Positions 35,062-47,639 of a stretch of 64,000 nt of DNA are shown piece by piece; the first letter of the stretch is position 1; every line of letters begins with the position of its first letter. The notes beneath the pieces are model-generated. The model was not told the DNA's origin and ran no database searches. It was given only the letters and a program-made list of their open reading frames with translations. Position numbers and translations under genes: made by a program. This DNA comes from Octopus vulgaris (Eukaryota), in contig OX597817.1 of assembly GCA_951406725.2 (NCBI GenBank), positions 128,712,001 to 128,776,000 of the forward strand, given 5' to 3'.

Positions 35062-35520
35062 TCAAAATATATAACAGACAGGAATTGTAGGCCCGTCTCT
35101 TGCAATTTCGATCAATTGTATCTTGCCATTCGTCTTGTATAGAAATGTGGCTACAATCCAGCCTACCTCTACTTCTGGGGGGACATTTTTAATTTTTATC
35201 CGAGACGTCCTACGTCCCAGATATAAAGGTAAAAATAAAATATTTCCACTTTGCAAGGTTCGAGTCGAGTACTCCCTTGCATGCTCCGTTGACTCGAACC
35301 TTGCTTCTATTGTGGCGAAGTTACCGCCTCTGGTTAGATACTTGATATCTTTCATAGTCACCAAGACACTTTTCGATGGTGCTTTCCTCCAGGTGTTCAA
35401 ATCTTTTTTCTCTACATTGTATACTTTGTAGACAATTGTCTTTTCTTTAATTAATTTTTTTATTTCGTTTGGTGGTGTTATCCTAGATTCAATCCGAAAT
35501 AGGTTTGTATTTCTTCCATT
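35062..35520 (-). pseudogene. ORF1/gag-like retroelement protein fragment (RRM-like region)
   Basis: KDIKYLTRGGNFATIEARFESTEHAREYSTRTLQSGNILFLPLYLGRRTSRIKIKNVPPEVEVGWIVATFL; similar by eye to the decayed peptide at about 4640-4850, which leads to a CCHC knuckle. Confidence 0.5.
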
Positions 35521-36029
35521 TTAATTTTATGAGTTCGCACCCGCCGACGGCTGCAGCGAAATTCGTTTTTGGACTTTCTTCTATCGAAGGCATTCTAACA
35601 AAATTGTTTCCGTATAAACGGTGAAAATATTGTCAATTTCCTCAAACAGGGACACAATTCAATTTTTAAACAATAACCAAAGCTCCTTCTCCCAAAGGGG
35701 AAGGGTTACAGTTTACAATTATTTAACAAATGCAACACAACAACGTTTCCCTTACGAGGAACCAACAAACGTGATAACAATAGTTAAACAGTAATAATAA
35801 TAACAACAAACCTTACGGTGAATCAAAAAGCAGTACGCAGTTGAAGCAATAGTCCTTTATGTATAAGAAATAAACCAACAGCAGTACTCAGTAGAAGCGG
35901 CTGTTCGAGAAAACAGACATTACATACAGCCAAACTTCATATAGATACTTAATGCTAGCTAATTAGCAGATAATCTAATGTAAAAGACGGCGTAAACGGT
36001 ATGTGCACAGCTCCATCTGGACTATTCCA

Positions 36030-36480
36030 TTTCTGCACACTAATTTTATTTTTAATTTATTCCCATTCATGTGAAACCACTTATTCAAGTTCAAGTCATT
36101 GATGCAATTTTATACCAATTGCTATTTTTACTTTGGTTATGTTACGATTTAATTATCATATTATACTTTAGTTTGATTTTAATTATTACTTACTACATAT
36201 AATTCAATTGTTATTATTATTTTTATTGTTAAAATGAAAGTATCTGACATAAAATAGAGAAATGCTTTGTTTCACTTTTAACACGTAATACTGAAATAGT
36301 GGAGAAGATATGATATTGCTATTGGCTCGCCCTAGGCAAGAAGTTGAACATTTTTTTAACCATGAAACTACATGGACCCTAAGTAAGGCATGTGTAAATT
36401 TGAATGAAATTGGTCATGTAGTTCTCAAGTTTTAGGGAAACACACAGACAGACACACATTCTCAATTTTATATATATAGA
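36030..36480 (-). mobile_element. Non-autonomous Helitron-like 5' portion
   Basis: Minus strand starts A|TCTATATATATAAAATTGAGAATGTGTGTCTGTCTGTG..., the typical 5'-TC end. A hairpin plus CTAG|T candidate 3' end lies at 34852-34880. Confidence 0.55.
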
Positions 36481-37809
36481 TATATAGATATATATATGTT
36501 CTTGCTTCAGCCGCTATTGCTGCTGCTGCTAATGTGGTTACTGCGGCTACTGCCACTGCTACTAATGTTACTGCTGCTGTCGCTGCTGCTACAATCGTGC
36601 TACTGAATTTTATATTGTTTAAACCCTTTTATTACGGCGGAAAGCGGATAAATTCACTCAAAATTTCATTACCCTCAAGTGCAAAATAGCAGTTTTTTTT
36701 AATGTTACCAAAGCCTTGTGAGTAGATTTGGTAGACAGAAACTAAAAGAAGCATGTCGATTTTATATCTATACTTATGCCAATAGTGTTTTATATTGAGT
36801 TAATATCGTTGTATCATATATTCCTGTAGTGTATATGCGTAAGTATACATATGTGGGAAGAATGCTCGCAAGACATGCAATTAGAATAAAGCTCTAACAT
36901 CAATAATAGAAAACGTAATGTTGAGCTATAAGTTGAAATGCAGTTATGCTAAAAGAACGTGCATATATAAAGCAATGAAAAATTACTACTTAAATACTGC
37001 CAATAAATCATAATATAAACATAAATATACACACTACGATGCATTTTTAATACAGTTAGTATTCGTTTGTAAACACAATATCATCATAAATACTGTTATC
37101 CTATTTATGTTTATGTGTCATCAAAAATTGAGCCCATCTCATTCACAGTACTGACACTCTTTCATTCGGTTTGCCCCGAATGAAAGAAGTATATTCTTTG
37201 TTACTTATATAACATGCAGTTATATAATTAAATAGTTACTTACATGACGGTCAAGTGAAGCAAGCTGATATCAATATGATATGTAGATATCAGCTGATAA
37301 TTACATATCATATTATATATCTACGTAAATGTATAATAGCAATGTAATGTTATTATTACTTTTGTTAAAGAAATGGGTATATATACACAAATACATTATC
37401 ACCGAATTTGTTTAGGCATAAGTTCCATAAAAATGGATATTTTTCAATGAAATTTCCTACAAATATGCTTCAAATGGTGTAGATTTGATTATATCTGAAT
37501 TTGTTGAGAAAAAATGTATTCGGTGGGCGTGGGGGAGAAGATTTAGAAAATTCACACGTTTGTTTCTTCATAACTTTCGGTAAAGTAGGTATTTTTAAAA
37601 GAAACTGTCGACAAAAAGCTGTCGGTTAATGTAGATTACGATTATATCAGAATTTAATATGCAAATAAAAATTCATGGAATAGCACACATATCTACTGAC
37701 ACACAGTACAACTTTTTTTTCGAAACATTTATAATCACAAATTCCTCTGTTATCAGAATCTACACCAACCGAAACGTATTTGTAGAAAATGTCATTAAAA
37801 ACTATATAC

Positions 37810-37883
<74 letters not shown>

Positions 37884-38247
37884 GTTAGGAGGAAAGAACT
37901 TCATTGGGGCGCGTATGTGTAAATATGCTTTAGCTAATCAAGGCCGATTACCGTATATCGTTGCGCATGCTTTAAGGAAAGTCCATAGTAAACATGTATT
38001 ATTTTAAATATAGGAGGGCATATATGTGTGTGTATGCGCGCGTGTATGTGTGTGTGTGTGACACTGTATTTGTGGCTGTCCGCCCCCACCTCTTGACAAC
38101 CGGTAGTGGTGTGTGTTTGCGTCCCCGTAACTAAGTGGTTCAATAAAAATCAGCAACAGAATAAGTACCAGCTTTTAAAAAGAATATAAGTACTTCCAAG
38201 TGGTGCCCTAGCATGGCCGCAGGCTAATTACTCAAACAAGTAAAAGA

Positions 38248-38480
38248 TATATTTCTTTATTACCCACAAGGAGCTAAACATAGATGGGACAAACAAGGAC
38301 AAACAAACGGGTTAAGTCGATTCTATCGATCCCAGTGCGTAACTGGTCCTTAATTTATCGACCCCGAAAGGATAAAAGGCAAAGTCGACCTTGGCGGAAT
38401 TTGAACTCAGAACGTAACGGTAGACGAAATACCGCTTAGCATTTCGCCCAGCGTGCTAACGTTTCTGCCAGCTCGCCGCC
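38248..38480 (-). mobile_element. SINE family B, full length (abutting a family A 3' fragment at ~38060-38247)
   Basis: Reverse complement begins GGCGGCGAGCTGGCAGAAACGTTAGCACG and ends TGTGGGTAATAAAGAAAT. Confidence 0.9.
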
Positions 38481-38497
38481 ACAAGTAAAAGATAGAT

Positions 38498-38502
<5 letters not shown>

Positions 38503-38539
<37 letters not shown>

Positions 38540-38625
38540 GAGAGAGAGAAAGAGAGAGAAAGAAAGAAAAAGAAGGAAAGAAAGAAAGAAAAAGAAAGAG
38601 AGAAAAGGATAGATAGAAAGAAGGA

Positions 38626-38689
<64 letters not shown>

Positions 38690-38694
38690 GAGAG
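38503..38694. repeat. (GA)n(GAAA)n purine tract
   Basis: Direct reading. Confidence 0.95.
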
Positions 38695-39064
38695 TATGTG
38701 TTACAGAACGCCAGAGTAAAAAAACGTGTTACTGTGAGTAACCAAATAGTATTCAGAGAAATCTGAGACTTGAACTTCACCCGCTTCGTCCAGGGCAAGC
38801 TGGTTGGCCGAGGTCATGAGTTGGTTATCAAACCGGAGGTAGAAAAAGCTGATGAACCATAGGCTATGTAACAAATGTATTCGCATGAAAAATTTTGTAT
38901 ACAAATAAATGATGTAATCAATTCGGATGCTTACATCATTTATTTGTATAGACAGCTTTCCAGATGAATACATTCCTTACGCCTTCTATTATCTGTCTGC
39001 CTTTTCTACTTCTCCAACGCTCCGTCGATACAACACACACAGACACACACACATGCATACATAT

Positions 39065-39466
39065 CTCTTTTACTCTTTTACTCTTTTACTTGTTTCAGTC
39101 ATTTGACTGCAGCCATGCTGGAGCACCGCCTTTAATCGAGCAACTCGACCCCGGGACTTGTTCTTTTGTAAGCCCAGTACTTATTCTATCGGTCTCTTTT
39201 GCCAAACCGCTAAGTAACGGGGACATAAACACACCAGCATCGGTTGCCAAGCAATGCTAAGGGGACAAATACAGACACACAAACACACGTACGCATATAT
39301 ACATATATACGACGGGCTTCTTTCAGTTTCCGTCTACCAAATCCACTCACAAGGCTTTGGTCGTCCCGAGGCTATAATAGAAGACACTTGCCCAAGGTGC
39401 CACGCAGTGGGACTGAACCCGGAACCATGTGGTTGGTAAACAAGCTACTTACCACACAGCCACTCC
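39065..39466 (-). mobile_element. SINE family A, young copy nearly identical to 781-1176
   Basis: Shares diagnostic ATCGAGCAACTCGACCCCGGGAC and GTAACGGGGACATAAAC. An older degenerate copy follows at about 39480-39803. Confidence 0.92.
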
Positions 39467-40152
39467 TATATATATAAATCTTTTATCTTTTACTCCTTTC
39501 AATCATCAGACTGCAGCCATGCTGGAGCATCACCATGAGAATTTTTTGTCGAATGTGTCAACGTCAGTGCTTATTTTATAAACCTGGTACTTATTTTACC
39601 AATCTCTTTGTACTAAACCGCTAAGTTACGGGTACGTAGGCACACCAACACTGCCTATCACTCTCCGCTTAACAAATCCACTTACAGGGCTTTGGTCGGC
39701 CCAAGTCTACAGACGAAAACACTTACCCAAGGTGCCATCTAGTGGGATAGCCCCGAACAATGTTGTTTCAATGTATGCTTCTTACCACACCGCCACGTCA
39801 GCGCACATATGTGTGTATATGAATGATGAAAATTTCCTGAACAAAAATAGTAAAGAACGGTGTGATGAAAGAAAGAAGTATTGCCATCAATGAAAGATCT
39901 AATCTGGAAAACACCACCTGAAAACTTCTCCTACGCTGTAAAGATACTGCCTATAAAATTCTTAGAAAAATTTCAGCATATAAGAATGGTGTTGGAATAT
40001 GTACGACATCAAAGCAAAGCTTTGACGGTGTCTGTTGTTTTGTCTAGAAGAGAACATTGTTTTTGTTTTTTGGGGTGAGGTTCTATGACAATGGAGATGG
40101 ATAGATAGAAATATAGGTACGTATATAGGCTGATATGTTATTATATATATAT

Positions 40153-40552
40153 ACTCTTTTACACTTTTACTTGTTTCAGTCATTTGACTGCGGCCATGCT
40201 GGAGCACCCACTTTAGTCGAGCAAATCGACCCCAGAACTTATTTTTTTGGAAGCCTAGTACTTATTCTATCGGTCTCTTTTGCCGAACCGCTAAGTTACG
40301 GGGACGTAAACACACCAGCATCGGTTATCAAGCGATGTTGGAGAACAAACACAGACACACAAACATATACACACGCATACATATATATATGCATATATAC
40401 GACGGGTTTCTTTCAGTTTCCGTCTACCAAATCCACTCAAAGGGTTTTGGTCGGCTCGAGGCTATTGTAGAAGACACTTGCCCAAGGTGCCACGCAATGG
40501 GAATGAACCCGGAACCATGTGGTTGGTAAGCAAGCTACTTACCACACAGCCA
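40153..40552 (-). mobile_element. SINE family A copy
   Basis: Homology to 781-1176. Confidence 0.9.
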
Positions 40553-40914
40553 CAGGACCCCAAAATACGTGAAATCCGACTCAACGAAATCTAAGGCTTC
40601 CTCACAATGCAGAATTACCCCTTAGAATTAATTAAGGAGGGAGTTAAAAAGACGATGAAGGAAGAGGGAAAGAAGGAATAAAGGGAGAAAGAAAGAGAGA
40701 GAAAGAGGAAAAAGGGCAGGAAAAGAGAAAAAAGAAAGAAAAGGAGAAGGAAGAGAGAAAGTAAGCAAAATGACGTTCAATGATGACCAAACCGCACCTG
40801 TTTTTGATTTTTTTTTTTTTTGAAGACGTCACCTTCCTTAAACCCGGACCAATGCAATGGTAAAGGACTAAGTAAATAAATTAATGAATGGTGAATAGGA
40901 AGGTGGATACCTCG

Positions 40915-41077
<163 letters not shown>

Positions 41078-41727
41078 CCTACCTATCATGGAACCTCACC
41101 CCAGAAGCAAAAACAAGTTAGCAGTTCATCAAGCAGAGGTCTATAAAATAAATGTCAGATTGAAATACGTACTGGGGTCAGCATGATCAATTAAATTTTT
41201 GAAGGTGATACCCTGTCATGGTGACAGTTGAAAAACAAAACCCAATAAAGTAATGTTTAAAGACTTCATGGCTTCAAATTTAAGGTAATGGATTACTAAC
41301 CAACAAGATTATGAGTTCAAAACTTCGTATTGAACTTCCACTCAATAAGATAACACTATATGTACAGCTCAGTCTACTTGACTTCCAATAAATAACAATT
41401 GTAATTTGAAGTTGAATGATTAGCAGTAAGAAAGATGTCAAGATTTCTTCAAAAACTATTGTGCAGGCAGAGTTGTCTCCCTTAGCTAAAGACTTCAAAA
41501 TTGTGCAACCCAACCTCGTTTTCAAGGTTATTTTTGTAGTAAGAAAAGAGTTATTGTGAAAAAAAAAACATTCTTTATTCGGTAGCCGAAAGATTACTCA
41601 GTTTTATTTCCTCATACGTCAAAATCGGTCACTCAATTTTCGAATCCATAAAGAACATACGCACACACACACAAGCTCTATTTTATATATTAAGACACAC
41701 ACACACGCACACACATAAGCAAAATAG

Positions 41728-42029
41728 TTGTGAAATCCAAGAAGAGATCAGAGTAGTAACTATAGTAACAAGTTATTACTAGTTTCACCCCAGACAGATC
41801 TTCCCCCAGATGGTTTACAGGTGCAGCGCTGCACCCTATTATATTGCTAGCACGGGGGAGCGAACCCCTACCATCCTCTAGTAGACAACAGGATCGCGAG
41901 ACTGTCACAGTTTCGAGCTGGATGGCCTATCCTCAGTCGCGAGTACCCGGCTGTCAGAGCGGTAGCCAGGGTCCACTCCAGCCTGCAATATATTGTAAAC
42001 AAAGCAACTATCGATCACTGGTTTGCAAC
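41728..42029 (-). mobile_element. Candidate non-LTR retrozyme (small non-coding hammerhead-containing retroelement)
   Basis: GC-richer, hairpin-rich 302-bp segment between 11-bp direct repeats AAGCAAAATAG (41717-41727 and 42030-42040), with an internal hammerhead. Confidence 0.6.
41894..41942 (-). ncRNA. Type I hammerhead ribozyme
   Basis: Minus strand reads TCGCGA CTGAGGA T AGGC CATCCA GCTC GAAA CTG TGA CAG TC TCGCGA: 6-bp stem I, intact core, 4-bp stem III and a GUC triplet. Stem II has an A.C mismatch at the 10.1-11.1 position. Confidence 0.85.
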
Positions 42030-42184
42030 AAGCAAAATAGCTAGTTATATATATATATATATATATATATGCTTACTTACACATACGTATGCACGTATGT
42101 ATGTGTGTACCTGCGTGTATATGTGCGTATACGTGAGTGTAGATATGTATGTGTGAATATGTATATATATCTTATCTTTTATGT

Positions 42185-42681
<497 letters not shown>

Positions 42682-42779
42682 TAGGCTCGGCTGAGTGCTG
42701 AGCCGAGGCTATCGAAACGCCCTACCATTCTTCTACACTCATTACACTCGTTTAGAAATCGGATTCCGCTCTCTCTTTC

Positions 42780-43255
42780 TCTCGGTTTACATCTCATCAT
42801 TTCATTAAAATTTTCACTCTTGCATAACTCTCGAACCCTATTTTATAATCCCACAATGTGTCGATCCATCACACGCAACATTTTCTCACCTTCAAGAAAG
42901 ACAAGAGTCTCGGCCATCGCCAGGTTAGATCTTCCTTAGCGTTTCAGGCGTACATACAGCCAGGTACGTTTCAATTAAGTGGTTCCGTCGACGACGTAAC
43001 ACCTGCCGCTACATCAGTAGTACTACAAACATCCTGTTATTCTTTTATTTGTCTCAGACATTTGACTGCGGCCATGGTGGAGCACTACCTTAGAGGGTTT
43101 TTAGGTGAAGAAATCAGTACCAGGGCTTATTCTTTGTCAGCTTAATAATTATTCTATCGGTAACTTTTGCCGACCGCTAGTTTACAGGGACATAATCACA
43201 CGAGCATCGGTAGTCAAGTGATGGAAAGGAAAAAAACACAGACATACACACATAA

Positions 43256-43301
<46 letters not shown>

Positions 43302-44080
43302 GACGGGCTTCCTGTAGCTTTCGTCTACCAAATCCACTCACAAGGCTTTGGTCAGCCCAAGTCTATAGTCTATAGTAGAAGACTCTTGCTCCAGATGTTA
43401 CGCAGTGGGACGGAACTTGGAACCATGTGATTGGGAAACAAGTTACTTACCACACAACCATGCCTGTGCCTATAAACATTGTACCATATGCAAACTTAGC
43501 AGGATGCTTTATGTTGGACAAACAAAGCTTTCCCAATAACTTTCGGGAGCATATTCCAAGCGTACTATTGCGTACACCAGAATAACCTATCGCCACTCAT
43601 CTCAGTTCAAGGAACCTTTCCTTTATCCAGTTATGAGAGTGTGATATCTATGCAGACACTTAAGGAAAAAGAAGGAACAGTGTTTCATATTAAATCATGG
43701 AACCATATCACCAAAAGGTTCAAATAACCGTTTCCCTACTGGTGCTATACCTCCTCTTATTTCAGTAATCCCATTCCTATCTTTCAGTTCTCTTCCCACA
43801 CCAATTTGTTCCCCACCCATCTCCACCTAAGCCTCTTCCTCTTTTCATTGCTTTTTGCACCACCCCCTCTTACCTCCCTATCTCTCTCCTCTCCCGAATT
43901 CTCAGCCCTACTCCTTCCTGTCTTGTATTGTTTTGCGTATCTTAGTAGCAGTTTGTGTCTCAAACGTAAACGTGAAACTCAGCTATCATTTAATTTATAA
44001 ATTATCTTTACCTTGATGAAGGAATCTGTCCAAAGCTTCGAATTATTCCTAACTCATTCTTCCTAACACTTTCTCCATAA
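42780..44080 (+). mobile_element. Penelope-like element remnant (linker plus GIY-YIG endonuclease), split by a SINE
   Basis: FKKDKSLGHRQVRSS...PGTF...RRNTCRYI (about 42890-43015). Then CKLSRMLYVGQTK..FREHI...PIATHL and KEQCFILNHGTISPKGSN (about 43489-43730). A pyrimidine-rich UTR and decayed hammerhead-like TTGATGA-AGGAAT..ATTCCT follow at about 44013-44050. Confidence 0.75.
43040..43470 (-). mobile_element. SINE family A copy nested in the Penelope remnant
   Basis: Homology to 781-1176. Confidence 0.85.
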
Positions 44081-44157
44081 TTATAAATATACGCTCACAC
44101 ACATACACACGTATACACAAATATATGATATACATATACTAAACATATTTCATATAC

Positions 44158-44226
<69 letters not shown>

Positions 44227-44487
44227 TGTGTGATTGGACAAACGAAAGAAGGGCACTCAACAAATGTGTTGGGTGTCACATATATGATACAAATTCGTCG
44301 GCACTTAGAGTTCCAAGAGCAATGCTAATCTTTGGAATTTAAATGAAAGTTGATTGTTATTACTGTAAGGTGGTCTGCGATTGGTCGAGGAAGGTCATGC
44401 AGTGTGGTGGTTTGATGTTGGTATATCACCGAAAGATTATACTTTAGCTGTTAAGATATTGTATATCTTTATATTTCACAACTATAC

Positions 44488-44533
<46 letters not shown>

Positions 44534-44592
44534 ACACACATACATACATACATACATACATACATACATACATACATACATACATACATACA

Positions 44593-44625
<33 letters not shown>

Positions 44626-44649
44626 GCATATGTAGTTGAAGTTTACAGA

Positions 44650-44805
44650 TCGCGCTATATTTCCCCTGACTTTGCCTTTCATCCTTTCGGGGTCGATAAA
44701 TAAAGTACCAGTTTCGCACTGGGATCGATGTAATCGACTTAATCCCTTTGTCTGTCCTTGTTTGTCCCCTCTATATTTAGACCCTTCTGGGCTGTAAAGA
44801 AATAT
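44650..44805 (+). mobile_element. SINE family B 3' portion
   Basis: GACTTTGCCTTTCATCCTTTCGGGGTCGATAAATAAAGTACCAG...TGTCCCCTCTAT. Confidence 0.85.
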
Positions 44806-45279
44806 ATTACTTTTCTGCTTATTTCTTTCCTTACTCCTCTTTCTATAGGCTACCTTTGACGTTATATCTTCTAACGGTTTAAAAAAAAATTAATAGCGTT
44901 CCGTTCATCATTGTACACATCCATCACATTCTGTTAAAATGTCTTATTGAAGATTTTGGTTACTTTCTTACTTTCCTTGATGAGAAGATTACATTCTTTT
45001 ACACCATTTTATACGTTTGGGAATAATACAATGTTGCCTTCGAAATATATATCGTAAGTAAAAGAATTTGAATAACATCCGCGTTTAACTCCATTTATTT
45101 ATTTATATATATATATTATACAAAATATTTCACATCAACCCGGTGTTTCTACCTTTACAAAAAGGGTGTTACGTCCTTATTACTTGTGTGATCTTTTGCT
45201 GCCCTGGTAACTGTTTATTTATTTTTTCCGTGTTAATTGTAATCAAGGGAAAATACACATCCATTTATATACATACATG

Positions 45280-45326
<47 letters not shown>

Positions 45327-45332
<6 letters not shown>

Positions 45333-45632
45333 ATGGCTGCCCCCTCGTTATCGAGTATGGCCTTTGCACGAAGCTTAACTGTTACTGGTGCTGAGATCGA
45401 ATGTGACTTTTTAGCCCAGCTAAAGATCTACAATGTCTTGTACAAAATTGGCAACTAAAACCTTTACTGGTAATAGCCGGCTGTAGTTGTAACTGGGCGT
45501 CATGTACCTTTGCATGTCGTTTAAGTCCTCCTGCCGAATTACACTCTCTTCCACATGCCCGACAGATATGATTAGTATGGTGTGTTACACCACCACCAGT
45601 TGCCAGTTTGTCACTCATCTGTCTCTTTTTAT

Positions 45633-45635
<3 letters not shown>
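45327..45635 (-). mobile_element. RTE-like LINE 3' end encoding two C2H2-type fingers, inserted in (TA)n
   Basis: HICRACGRECNSAGGLKRHAKVH...FSCQFCTRHCRSLAGLKSHIRSQH*, then a short UTR and TAATAA. The C..C.R.C.S..GL.SH.R terminus is typical of RTE-clade ORF2. Confidence 0.7.
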
Positions 45636-45690
<55 letters not shown>

Positions 45691-45695
<5 letters not shown>

Positions 45696-45899
45696 TAATC
45701 CAAATAAGAAAGCACAAAAAAACACAACAACGCGAGGACGTGGAACAAATATAGTATTATTGGGCGCTCAGGAAAGAAGGAAAGAAGGAGGGTTTAACGT
45801 TTCGAGCGGAGCTCTTCGTCGGAAACATAGGAGAAGGAAAGATCCAGAGGAGGGAAGACAGAGGAAAAAAATCGCCAACGGTACACACGAGGTCACATT
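45691..45899 (-). mobile_element. Penelope-like pseudo-LTR fragment ending in (TA)n
   Basis: Pyrimidine-rich minus strand containing a minimal hammerhead; abuts (TA)n at 45636-45690 and the head half of a family A SINE (45900-46063). Confidence 0.65.
45792..45826 (-). ncRNA. Minimal type I hammerhead (palindromic stem III, dimer type)
   Basis: Minus strand reads GTTT CCGACGA A GAGC TCC GCTC GAAA CG TT AAAC: U4C core variant, ACGT palindrome, GUU triplet. Confidence 0.75.
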
Positions 45900-46852
45900 A
45901 CGACAGGCTTCTTTCAGTTCCCGTCTACTACATCTACTCGCAAAGCTTCGGTCGGCCCGAGGCTATAGTTGAAGACACTTGCCCAAAGTGCCATGCAGTG
46001 GGACTGAAACCGGAACCCTGTGATTGGGAAGCAAGCTTCTTACCATACTGTCACGCGTGCGCCTATGTTAACTCTCTCTGGATTAGTCGAACAGTCAACC
46101 AACAGGGCGACAACTAGTATTAGCTATTATATAAGATAATATATATATGTGGGTGGGTGTGTTTTTATTATATGTATACGATGTATAATATATAAATATA
46201 TGCAAGGTATGTATGTATATCTAAGTATGCACACATACGTTCTGTCTGTATATGCATACACACGTCTATATAATCGTTATGCATTAAAATATAAATGCAT
46301 TATATCTAAAGCAAGTCTATAGATGTGTTTTCATGCATGAGTATACATAAAAATATTAAACTTCTGTTGTGTGGGTTGTAGAATAGACACAGTTGTATTT
46401 ACTGCATCAGTTCACTAGTTCACGGATTTTAAATTTTAGTATAAGAGACTATAGTCTTATATTTTAAAGCCTTTTTCTAAAAAAAAAAAAAAGAAGAAAA
46501 AGTATAATATTCTCATTGCTACTCCTGTCAATTGTGTAAATTTGTATTCCTACTGGCGTTACTACGTTTCTATACAGATAACCGCCATATTAATGTTTCC
46601 ATAAGTCTATAAACCTTACATTGTCAATGGACCGAAGCAAAATAAATAAATACATGAATACATAAATAGATAAATGATAAGTATATTCATTGGTCTTTTC
46701 TGCTTATTGGTGAGTAAAGATGATTAATGTTAAAACTTCAACACTATGACACACACACACACACACACACATATATTATCAACACTATGATGCAACCATA
46801 TATATATATATATAAATATATAAATATTATTAACACTATGACATATATGTAT

Positions 46853-46887
<35 letters not shown>

Positions 46888-47639
46888 AACATATATACAT
46901 ACATACATATATATATATGCAAACTTACACTCACACACACACATGCGCACGTGCATTATATTTGTCTGTGTGTGTATGTACGTGTGTGTGTGTGTGTGTG
47001 TGTAATTTCAACGCTTTTGCAGCAACCACCATATACTGCAGTAACTGCACACATGCAGTAACGCAGCTCAAACATAAAGAATCTTTGGAGCATGATTGAG
47101 TTTTATATTATGTCGCTTTCTCATAAAAGTGTAGTATTTGTAACACCAAGAATTATTAACAATAGCTGTGATAGGATTATTACAGCCCTTCTGTTGAGGA
47201 AGGGTAGGATGTTATTATAGCTTACTCTATAGAATTCCGAAATAAATTGCCCATATATTTTGTGATATCTCGTAAAAATATTGATTCGAATGTTACTGCA
47301 TGCAACTTTGCCCTTCATTCCTTCCCAATGTTGATAGAATAAAGTATTATTTATTTCATTACCGATTATGTAGAGTAATATGAATCAAAAGTAGCTTTCT
47401 TTCAAAGTCAACTTGAACCACCTCGCAATCTTCTCTCGTTATAATAATATTATTCACTTATGATGTATTAAAAGTAATTGCTTTTTAAATTCACAACTGC
47501 GAAACAGTACCTTATAATATACATAATTGTGTATGTATTAAGGAAAGGAAAACATTTATTTCGTAAACAGAAAACAAAACATGGTTCACAGCTGAATTTA
47601 TTTCACTTTCTGCCGTATCTACATTATGAAACAGTTAAT

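Noticed and set aside
37310-37930. Diverged internal subrepeats suggestive of a Helitron or satellite-like element
   Set aside because: Termini could not be identified, and the similarity is weak in AT-rich sequence.
38699-39032. Possible solo LTR (TG...CA, weak terminal inverted repeat)
   Set aside because: No recognisable TSD, PBS or PPT; evidence too thin to call.
45382-45625. Host C2H2 zinc-finger gene exon
   Set aside because: No TGEKP linkers or evident splice sites; it ends in a short UTR plus TAA repeats inside (TA)n, as an RTE-type LINE terminus does.
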